Below are positions 48,852 to 60,800 of a stretch of DNA of 64,000 nt, one piece after another. Numbering within the stretch: position 1 is the stretch's first letter; every line of letters begins with the position of its first letter. The stretch is taken from contig OZ116704.1 in NCBI GenBank assembly GCA_964199315.1, forward strand, positions 11,656,001-11,720,000, given 5' to 3'. The notes beneath the pieces are model-generated. The model was not told the DNA's origin, searched no databases, and saw nothing but the letters and a program-made list of their open reading frames with translations. The position numbers and the translations under genes were made by a program. The stretch comes from Orbicella franksi (lineage: Eukaryota).

Positions 48852-51800
48852 ATGGCGTCTACTCCTGCGAGTAGCGAAGTGGATCCTGAAGAAGATGCCG
48901 GGGGAATGACGATCGACGTGCATAAGACGGGCCGAGCAGCCGAGTATCCCGACTTTGCAATTATTTGGTCATTTCTGGAGAACTTTAGACACCTCTTGCA
49001 CTTTCCCGATCTCTCTTTGGACGATTTAGAAGATGGGTTCAACAGCCATTCGCCGGAAAATGGTAATTGAAGGCTATTTATTTCATAGAGCTGCAACTTT
49101 GATGGCTTGTTTCTGCAAAATCGGACCGATCGGTTTAATTTGTCCACAGATAACGGTGCCCTTGAAGTCCTTTGTTGCCTTGTGGTTTTGTTTTGAACCT
49201 GTAAATGTCGACGTCTGTTGCAAACTCGCTTTTTTCTTGTCTTCAAGGTTCAGCTTTTGTTGGACGTGCGAACAAAGCGCTTTTATGCTAGACAGCTGCA
49301 CAGTTTCACTCGAGTGTCAATTTCGACTTTCTTCGCGATTTTAGCTCAGATGGCTTTATAATCTTTGGAATTACGCTAACATCATTCCTTCACCCGCCTA
49401 AATTTTAGGGAAAGATGTTTTATTGCGTGCAAAGCTGGGAAGTAATATGATGTCGAGGCAGGGACTATAAAGCGTAAAGCAACTTTTGTATGGAGATAAA
49501 AAGTTCTCTGTCGCTAATTTACAATATGCGTTTGGCGGGAATTTTCATTATTAATTTGCGCCAGACTTTCTTTGGTCCATAGCTTTAACGATTATGTGGC
49601 AATTGCTTCTTAATGTTATCTTGAACGATTATCCTTTAACATATGTGTTGTAATTGGATATAAGCTAATGCCCAACGAAAGAGCAAACTTCGTGTCGCAT
49701 TTTTGTGTTCTCACCTTTCGTGACCTAATCTTAATAGCGCTGTCTTCAAGCTACTTAAATTAATATTTATATGTTGTTGATATTAATTTTTAACAAAGCC
49801 AGATAGTATTTTAAACTTATTGTGGTCTTATAATCTTGAAGTTCCAGTATATATTTTTAAGGTAGCCTAGGATTTTTTGCCCCAATAAACATTGATCAGA
49901 ATGTAATTTCCTTGAAAGTCAAGCATTCAGGTCAAGTTCATTAAGGAGAATTTGTAGGTTTACATCAGGGATAGAAGCTATTATGTCAGTGAGAATGTCT
50001 AAACTGTCCATTTAGAATTCACTTACAACAAGGTACTCCTTGAAATTCATGCTCTCCAATAGGCCATTCCAAAACTGTGCAGGGAACAGGGGCGAGTTTC
50101 AAATTTTAACCAATCGGTAAACTGACACCACCACATGAAAGATCATGTTGAGGATAGTCATTTGACCAAGTTTGATGCTTTTAGGGTAAACAGAGACCAA
50201 GTTATGGACCTTGAAACACGGTTCAAAATCTATACAAACATCTGTAATGTTGAAACAGCGTGCCCCCCAAACCATATAAACTCTTCAATTTTTTCATTAG
50301 TTTTGTGACAATTGTAAAATCCCGTCATTCACCTACCTTTTGATGAAAACCGTGTATGTTTGCCCATATAAGGGTATCAAAGAAATCATAAAATTTTAAG
50401 AATCAATATGGTTTTGGGGGACGCTGTCTCAAAATTAAAGACGTTTATAACAGGAGGCCTGTCCCAAGGTCCAAACTGACACTCTTTTGTATATCTTTTG
50501 TGGACCTTTTATGTACCTCATATTTCTACCCTTATTCTATACTTCAGCATGTGAAATCCCTTTGCTTTTACATACCTCCAGCCTCAAAGAAGGGACATTT
50601 TTGTGTAGAGCTAGTAGCCTATGTACCTGCTATCATTTATATGTTGCATGATTTAACATAATGATCATTGTCTTGAAGGGAGGTAAGTTATTATTTGTAT
50701 TCAAACCCTGCTCCTTACTAATGGGCAGAGAAATTCTTGCTATGTCTCTATAATCATAGTATTAGAAAATGGCCCGAAAAAAATGTGTGCTGATTGATTA
50801 TGAGCTTGAGATTTCTATGACGCAGTAGTTGATGAAGGTGCAGCCTGAGTCAACTATCGTGCATAGAAATCGAGAGCGAACAGTGTAATTGTTTAAAGTA
50901 TAAATCTACTAGTTGTTCAAAACTAGTAGATTTAAATCTAAATCCTCTTCTCAGACACTTCTAAAATGCAAAAAAACGGCCACCAGTTTGTTAACAAGCG
51001 CTCACTGCTGTGCTACTCACTATCTACAACAGACTAGATAGTGAGTAGCGTAGCCAATCAGAGAATGCCATTTGTGATAGAATGCGAGTAGATTTATACT
51101 AAAACTTGATAGAAACACAAAACTAGCACAAGCTTTTGACGTGATGATGGCACAAGCAAAGAGAATTTACATTTTGATGATCAAAGTAAACAAGTTGTTT
51201 TCTTGTTTTTGTGGTGGAATTTTCTAACAGAAATAGAAAACATGTCCTCCATGTTTCCATCGAGTTATAGATAGAGAACTTTGGGAGAACTTGAAAAAGC
51301 TGTGGAAACACTGTCATGTTGGCCCATGTTACCACGGCATTTCTTGTTCTCCAAAAGTTCCACTCATGTATTTTATTTCCCAGTTATTAATTAAAATATT
51401 TGTAGTTCTAGTAGAGAGAATTTCATTACACATAAATACAATGTCTTCCTTCTGACTGTAGCTGCCTGTTCTTGCTTGTTCTTGAGGTGCAAAATTTTCT
51501 TTTGATCTCATTCCACAACCTTACCATCTGATAACAGTTTTTTATTGATGAATTGTTGTAAGCATTTTTTGTTGAACCGCAGGTAATGTCGAGATGATAG
51601 CAGAGTTATACAAGAAGCTATTGAGACGGCTGGGCATCTCAGTAAATCCTGAAAAATGGGAAAAGTCACTGCTGAAGGTTTGCAATATTATTGAATTTTA
51701 CCAATTTATCAAATATGATTATGATTGAGTAAAGCACAGGACTTTGATTTCTCATTGTGTTTAATTTACGTAGTTTGTAACTAAACACTGGCCAGCACAT

Positions 51801-54800
51801 ACCTGTCTGCTTTATAAGGTAGGCAGGACTGAGAATTTTGATGCTCTTGCAATTCTTTTTAGTTGTAATTCTTAACCACTGGTGCGCCTTTTTATAAATC
51901 ATCAATAAAAAAAGTAATGCATGGTAATTCTAATTAACTATCATATGATTAAATGAACATTATAGGACCACTTGATGCTTTTGCTTGTGTCACAAGAGCT
52001 TCTTCAACACCTGATATTACTTATAAGTTGTGTGACAAATTATTAGTTGTCATGCAACTCTTTTTTGATCACATGGTAACATTATTGAAAACTGCTGGAA
52101 GACTGTTACACTCTTCTCTGTGACATCACTTGCTGCAAAAACTGTTGTGATAGGAATGAAAGCATGTTTCACCTCAATGAAACATAATTTCCACTTAAGT
52201 TACATTCATACCTGTGCAATTGTTGGTGCAGTATTATCACACTACAGACTTTGACTAGAAGTTGATGTTCTGGTATCCACATTTACCATATAAACATATG
52301 TCAGAACCAAACTATTGTAATCTGTAAAGATAATATATATTTTGGGCTTTACAGATTTTTGTGTGCAATTTTGTTTTGCTTGTGTTTAGGTCTCTAAAGA
52401 ACACAGTTTAGACTGTGCTTGGGATTTGGAACAATTTGGTTATGAGGAGCTGAAGGTCTCATCCAAACTTGAACTCTTTAAGGTCTGTATAATTTTACAT
52501 GGTGAGATAAAACACACATAGTCAAATAGTTGAACTCAGTTTTTTACAGGTACTAGGGCTCTGAAGACTTTTGAAGAAAAGAGTTTTTGTACTGCTATAT
52601 GTACAGACAAGAAAGATGGATCTGAATAAAGAAAGCTAGGTTCTATTCTAATTAAAACCAAGAAGAATTAGAGTTATAAATAATCTAAAGAAGGTGCTAG
52701 AGCCTTGTACTAACTATATTTATGTAGTAGCTTATTTAGTATTTTTTGTTAAATTATGTCATCGTTTTCACCTTTCTTTCCGTTTGTATCCTGAGTCTTC
52801 TCTGATGAAGAGCTACTCAGCCCTTTAAGTAAAAATTAGTTCTCCACCTTGTGTACTTCTTTCAGTCTGGAATGCCTACATGTACTGGTACATGTATTTT
52901 CATTTCTTCATTGTTAAGACTGTGTAAACCTACAATCACGCACAAAGGTCTTCGGACAAATTTGCACTTTTGGTGCTTTTGCGCACACGCCAGACGTGAA
53001 TATGTCACTTGTCTAACCTCGCCCCCACCCCCCGATACAATGTTGAAAACTACTACCTGCAATTTCTTCTGATTTTCAACTTTGTATTGGATGGGGAGGA
53101 GGAACAGTAACATGTTTTTAAAAGGAAAGCAGTGAATTTTTCAAACTTCGGTAGTAAAACACAGATAATTCATTAAATTACATAAGCGTCCTAAGGACTT
53201 TTGTCCATGATTGTAAGAGCATTCTGATTGTCTTATGTTTTGAGAATCAATTTCATGGCCTCATTCTCAGAGATGGAGGAAAACTCCTAATTTTAGCTAC
53301 AAATTTATTGATCAATTTTTTTATCTCTTACAATTTTAGCTACTTTTGGAATGTCAGTTTGATCAGAATGATAAACTCAAGAGTTCTGTGAATAAAAGCT
53401 TTGATGCTGATGAATTACGTATGCAGCCTATTGGACGAGATCTGGATGGGTTCATTTACTGGTACCATGAGGTTAGACTGTCTCTATTTGTTATAACTAT
53501 AAATCTAATTACCGTAAATCCTCAAATTAGCGTCCCCCCTCGAATAAGTGCCCCCTTCGAATAAGCGCCCCCTCCTATCAGCTGAAATTTAAAATAAGCG
53601 CCCCCCCTCCTTGAATAAGTGCCCCCTCTCCTCTCCCCCCATTTTGTGGACAAGTAATGAGACAACAAAGGAGTATAGTTTTTGTCATGTAGTATTAGAT
53701 TTGTACATTGTTTCAGTTTGTGAACATGTTAAGTACTAACGGTGCTGCGATTTAAACTTAGGGATCAGCTTTTTATGTCAATAAACAGCTTATGTTGTTG
53801 TTTATGCGCAGATGTATAAAAAAATGATAATGTCAGGCCACAATTTGGGAAAAATTAACTAAGCGCCCCCTCGAATAAGCGCCCCTCTCGAATAAGTGCC
53901 CCCTGTCTTCTCCTAAATTTGAAGTAAGCGCCCGGGCGCTTATTCGAGGATTTACGGTATATAATGATCTATTAACAATGCCATTCTCCAATTGACCATG
54001 TTAATCACTATTCTGTTGTAGATAGTGAGTAGCCTAGCAGCGTGGGGCTGTCAACAAAATGCCGGCCGCTTCTTTGCATTTTCAGTGTCTGTTGAGAGGA
54101 TTTCGATAAAGTTTTGAATGACTAGTAGATTTATACAAAGTTTACAGGACGTTGGTAGCGGGTCTGGGGTGGACAAAATGCATAAAAGCAGTTCATAAAT
54201 ATGTCACCCCTTCCATATCTGTCGACATTTTGTGAACTAGATTATCTTGATTATTTGGTGTAGGATTCATCAAATGGCGTACGGCTGTATACCACTGAAG
54301 AAGACGAAGTAAGTTGTGAATCATGGAGGCTGTTAGCAAGGTGAGTAAATTTCTTACACTTGCCATGCAAGGAAGTACATGTAGGCTCAAGGGGTTCAAA
54401 ACAACTTGAATTTTAGCTTGCCCTTCGCATGAGCAGCTCTCAAATTTTGCTTGCCCTGGGCAAGTCTTAGTTTACCTCTTTGATTTGGGTGAAAGACAAC
54501 TCACCAGGGCCCTTGCACATTGGGCAAGTGGAAATAAAAAGTTAATTGCCTGGCAGGAAAACATACTTGTTCTGGGTGACTAGGCACTTATGTTTATTCC
54601 TGAGGCTCTGAATTTAATTTATTATAAATGGTTTCAATGACTGTGAAAAATAAGCAAATGCATGCAACACATGCAGGGTTGTGGCAGGTTGGGAAAATGG
54701 TCAGGGGAAAATAGTTCTTCAATCTAGTCCTGACCAGGGAAAAGTCAGGAAATTTTGTTTTGAGTCAGGGAAAAATGACTTTTTGAAGAAAAATCAGGAA

Positions 54801-57800
54801 AAATTGACAGAAATAACTTGACACAACTGCTTTAATATCATTTAAGGCTGTTAGAAACATTTGAGGTCACTGTGATCCCAACAATGCTTTTCTTAATGTA
54901 GATGGAAAATTTGCTGAAAACTTATCATTCTTAATGCAAGGGTGGCATGGATGGCTGTAAAGGGAGGCATTTTGTATTTATTTGGTCTCAGAAATTTTAT
55001 TTTTATCAGGGAAAATTCAGGGAAAATTCAGGGAAAATTCAGGGAATTTGAAAAGTGATGTCTGTGGTAACCTTGACATGTATAGTCAAGTCATCTTTTC
55101 TACCAAGGAATGAAAGAAGTTGCATTATGGAAATGTCCTGTCATTTCAATGTTTGTTTTTTCTTAGTGAGACAGGTGAATTGGTTGAAGTTGTTGACTAC
55201 CTTGAGACCAAGTCAGTGGTGAACCCCAAAGAAATAGCTCTTGCAAAAAGAGAGGAAATGAAAAAGAAGGGAGAGATCAAGAGCCCTGGAAAAAAGCCAG
55301 GAAGAAAAAGTGGGTCAAGTTCCATTAAATTTCATCACCATAGAGTAGCGTTAGTGTGCAAAGTGCCGTCACATTTCACTCCTATACATGTATAGAGATT
55401 TTTATGTACTGTATGTAGAGGGTCTATTATAGGGGGTCATACATTCCTCATTCCGCCATATTTTGTTTCTTCGAAACCACAGACCCCTTTTGTTTTTTCC
55501 TAAAAACCGAAACTGCTCTATTGGTAAGACAATTAATTGCCATCTTAACCGATCTTTTGACAGTACATGACAAATTCTTTACGATATGTTAGCTCAATAA
55601 TCGTATGTCTCCTCACAACTACCACGAGATCTTAAGGCAATCTTTTGCTGAGGGAGAAGCTTCAAGCAAGAGAAAGTTGCTGCTCTGTGACTGTCTTCTA
55701 AGTCTTTTAACTCTGTCTGATTGACCGCCAGAAAAACACGCAACTGTGAGCGCAACCGCGCACTAATTTCTTAACCGTAAACTGCAAGATAAATGTGAAT
55801 GTACTATACCAACAAACCGGCACTCTAAATTGGCTTGAACCGCCAAACCGCCAGAGTATATAAAAGGTATTTAAATTGATTAAATTAAACAGACCCTTTT
55901 TGTTTTTTCCTAAAAACCGAAACTGCTCTATCGGTGAGACAATTAATTGCCATCTTAACCGATCTTTTGACAGTACATGACAAATTCTTTACGATGTGTA
56001 AGCTCAATAATCGTATGTCTCCTCACAACCACCACGAGATCTTAAGGCAATCTTTTGCTGAGGGAGAAGCTTCAAGCAAGAGAAAGTTGCTGCTCTGTGA
56101 CTGTCTTCTAAGTCATTTAACTCTGTCTGATTGACCCCCACAAAAACACGCAGCTGTGAGCGTAACCGCGCAATAATATCTTAACCGTAAACTGCAAGAT
56201 AAATGTGAATGTACTGTACCAACAAACCGGCACTCTAAATTGGCTTGAACCGCCAAACCGCCAGAGTATATAAAAGGTTTTTAAATTGCCGAAATATATG
56301 AATTGCGTAATTGTGGTCAGAGGTATTGTAAAGGCCACACACACACAAAAAAAAACTTGCATCAACACACTAACTTCACAGAAGTATTAAGTTTTGATAG
56401 CTTGCCGGGTTCTTGTGTAGTCCCTTACCAGAAAATTTTAATACTGGAGTGAACCTGTGATGTACTAGCATCCCATCTGGTGGAGAGAGAAGTAGAAACA
56501 GTCCATGTCACTTTTTACAACTGATACCAAAGAAAAGCGCCATTTGACCTGATTGATCTCTTGTTCCAAATACTGACCCATCCTTTTTACCTTGAATTTT
56601 GTAGGCAAAAAGAAGGAAAAAGTCGCAGAAGAAGACTACGATGACGACAACCCATGTGCGAGATGTTTTTCAAATGTCAGACCGGACTCAGTAAGTTAAT
56701 CATAGATGTGTTTCATTTCAGGACAGAGCTTATAGAGGAAGGTCATGACCCCATAAAAACGATATTGTAAAAGGACCTATGGTTATAGTAATAAGGGGAA
56801 CAGTAATAATAAATTTTAAATCAATTCAATGCCATATTTATGAACTTGAATTATGCGCTGTCCGTAGCATAGCTCAGATTAATATCACTTTTCTTCCGCA
56901 GATTCTTCTCTGTGACAAGTGTGACGCTGCTTATCACACAGCTTGCCTTCGTCCTCCTCTGCTTACTGTGCCACAGGGAGACTGGTTCTGCCCTTTCTGT
57001 CAACAGGTAACTTTCACTTTTGTGGACAATTAACACAAAACGTTTTAAACTGAGAGTGCCATTATTTGTGAAAATGGTCAGCAGGTACAATGTTTTTACA
57101 TTTACGCGTCGTGCGCTCTTGGTAAAGGATAACTCAGAAAGGAGCTGAACACCACTCTTCTCCATATAAATTTTTCTACATAAAAAAGGCCCCAAAAGAA
57201 GGCGTGGATAGGAGGCGAGCGCTGGAGTCTCAGGGCCCGACCACACTACGCCGGAGAAACTTGAAAACGCAGCTTTATTTCTACACTAATCCATCACGAA
57301 AACGAAGCTTTTTGAAACCCCCCTTCAAAGCGGAGGAATTGAAAGCACCAGCTTTGCGTTTTAGTGTGGATTAAAAAAAAAGCATTTTGAAAACGAAGCT
57401 TTTCAGAAACGATGACTTCACGATAATCATTACTCGTAATTTCCCTGACCGAGTTTTCCTGAAACACAAATCCAAAATGACCGGTGATTTCTGCATTTTC
57501 AAATTTCTCCGGCATGGTGTGGATGGGACCTCAGCTATCAGCCAAATCTTTGGCGATTTCTTAATAACAATAAGTTAGCCTATTTTTCAGCCGTCAGGGT
57601 CGGGTTGTTCGAAAGCCGGTTAACGCTAACCTAGGATTAAAAGTTAATCGAAGTATTCATTTTCCTTGTATAAAAATGTTTTTCACTGCTTATGTTTTGT
57701 GTAGTTTGTGATTTTTCAAACTCAAACCTGAAGGGCAAACAATATAAACAGAAAACACCACCCAAAAGTTACAAAACTCAAATAAAAATTTTCTCTAATC

Positions 57801-60800
57801 TTGGGTTAGCTTAATCGGGCTTTGAACATCCCGGCCCAAGATACTTTGCAGGTCTCTGATCTCAGCTACGAGTTAAAGACACGCCATTTCTCTGACAGTT
57901 AAAATTTTGTCTAATTCTCAGCTATCATTTAAGTCGTTACCCCATCCAGACCTGGCTAAAACAATTGCATTTCGTTTTTTTTCATTTATTTACAGCTGGC
58001 ATTGTTGGATATTTTAAAGGAGAAGAAGACGCGGTTAGCTGCTAGGATGAAATTGCGACAGAGACAAGCGAAAAGGTGAAAAAAGAGTGTCGCATTTAAA
58101 TTAGTTATTAAATTAAAATTGTCATAAATATTAAGCTGTATTTAGTTAAAATATCTTGAGCAGCAACTCTTTAAACTGTGAAGTTTTAAGCAAGTCTTTC
58201 ACGAGCATTAAAATACATTTATTTATAAGCTGCTGGGTTATTGTTGCGTTCAGTGTGGGCAAAACTTCTTTTCTCTTGTGCGAGGATGTCTTGCATTTCC
58301 TTCAGTCATCATTCATTCATGACAGAATCATTCGAATCAAGGACAGAAGGTTCTTGATTTCTGCAATAGCTTATTCAACGTTTCTTGTTAGTGCGATTAG
58401 CTGTAACTGTCGGACCGTTTTAGCGAAATTGGCAGCCCACGTAATTGTCACCGAAACGAGACTGGAACAACCCAGTACTTTATCTTCTTGATTGTGGTTG
58501 TGTTTCGATCCAAAGTCGAAACCAAACAATTTGTCGTTATGATGCCATAGGAGTGCTGTTAGTTTCCAGGGGTGCTTTTTTGCTTGAATCAGTCTCAAAG
58601 AAATAAGGAAAAGTGACAGTGAGTGAAAACGCAGATAAAGGGGAGTGGGGCGAGCCTTGAAGCCAGAGGGGGAGGAGAGGGAGAGGCACTCGCATTGATC
58701 CATCCCAGTCTACCTCGTTCTTTGACAACTGCTTTAAACACACGATCCAGTCTTCGTGAAGTAAGAAAATGCTGCAACGATATCTCCCCTTCTCCCACTT
58801 GCTTCTCTCGCGGATTCTTTATTTCACGCTAAACGGGTCGCTTCGCTCGCCGAACATTTTTCCGCCCTCGCTGGGAGCCTGATCGCAGGCGAGATAAAAC
58901 GTGGAAGGAAAGCTTTACCCGTTGTTTGTTCAGTTGAAAAATACCTTGTGGTCACGCGCACTGTATTTTGTTAAGTAGTAATTTAAATTCGTGTAAAAAC
59001 TATGATCTAAGTCGAACATATTTTTACTTCATTGCCTGCCTACTTCTCTTCCATCGGCTTTCGTTTTTATTACTATTTTCAAACGAGAATTCATTCTTTG
59101 TTCTGTAGGCAATAATTTCGTCCAAAGCCAAGGGTATCGTTAATGTAATGTAAGTGTGCAATTTTCTGTCTGCATTGAATACCAATTGCATTTATCGTTC
59201 TGTCCCTATCACTACTTGATACATCTTAGATCGACAGCCCAGCCTAGCTATGTGACGAAACGAATCCTGCGCCATCAACTGATTTTTTAAAAAGGCCTCA
59301 CTGATAATTGTAAACGGTAGAGAAAATACAAAATAAGCTGCGCTGTGAAAACGGACGAACTTCATGTGGACACACCATCGCTCCCTTGAGCGGTCTGTTA
59401 GCAGGTGTTTTACCTACATGCAGTACCGTATTTGAAGTCAATAATTAACCGCTCTGTTGTAAAAACCGGTAAACTTTCGTTCAAAGCGACAAAGTTACTT
59501 GTTAGATTAGAACGAATCAAGAGTTTTTCGACAGATTATTTCCACGAAAATTAACCAGAGAATAGCTGTTATCTTCACTTGGAATAATTATATGGAGGTT
59601 GCTATGTCTTTCAAAAGATCTATAGTTTGTATAGTGTTTAAAGTATTTAACACAATATGTCATTTTTATTGAAGATCTTAGTGAAATAGATTTAACGTAT
59701 TTTTGAAAGGAATAAAAGGCAGTCTTGTTGTGGAACGTTTGAAGTTTTTCACTAATAATTTTCCAACCTTCTTATTCTTGCACATTTTTCTTTGTATTTT
59801 CTGTATCTAGAAAGAGCGTTTTCATTCCAGCTGCTTTTATCATCTGAAATATACGATGTGTCGCGTTATTCTGGACAATACGTTACTCAGTGCTTTAGAT
59901 CGAGTGAAAAACACAGATATGTCCAGGATTGAACGCTAATGAGATTTAAATTTCTCATGATAAGCATCACAAAGGGTCCTCATTGGTAAGAAGTCACCAA
60001 AACACACACAATGCTGTCAAATATGAAGTAATATGAAAATGCCAAATAACCCTGGCAAATATGAAGTACTAATTAAACAATAATTGCGTTCATAAGGACA
60101 TAAGTGATTTATTTTGCACTGTTTGCATTTTTACATGTGTATTTTTTACACTTGGAATCATGACTGCTTACAAAGAACATTCGCCCTGACGGTGCTTGTT
60201 AAGTATTTTAAAATGAACGTATCTGTAAACCTAAAAAGAGTAATTTCGCCGCAATGAGGGGTCTTAAAATAAACAATACTCAACGAGACCAGGGAAAAAC
60301 GCTTTTGACATTTTAACAGCATAAAAAGTCTCTAACGGGTGGAGCTAGGGTCAACACGAATCCTTTTAGTTGAAGTGCTACGTGTACGGTTAAATCACAG
60401 AATTGAGGTTAAATTCTGATTATGTTTGTCATTTGACAGTAAAATAATATCTCCAGTCGTCGGCACAGCTGACAATCAGTCTGGCAGCTGTTTCTTATAA
60501 ACTGGAGTTGCTCTGAGCCTGTTGAGCGGCACATATTCCACCATATGTGGGGTGGGTATGTGTGGCAGATCAACGGCTGACTACTTTTTTGATCAACTAT
60601 TGTGGGGGCGACTGAGCTACAATATTTAGTCATTTCTCACCACAATTATGGTACATGGCGTTTCGTTGCCTTCGAAAAATATGCTATAATTCCCTGGGTG
60701 GTGCTACTTTTGAAGTTGTTTCTAGTGTTTGCCAGTCATTGTACGGTCGCGAGTATGCTTAGGAAATAATTAATTGCACAGTTGTTGACTTTCTATTACG

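Noticed and set aside
48725-49344. Overlapping ORFs (173, 103 and 72 aa) at the RSF1 5' end
   Set aside because: They overlap the GC-richer first exon and intron start of RSF1 and have no recognisable motifs or splice support.
58156-58832. Cluster of short ORFs on both strands in RSF1 intron 9
   Set aside because: There is no coherent frame or motif; probably the decayed interior of a repeat ending near 58890.
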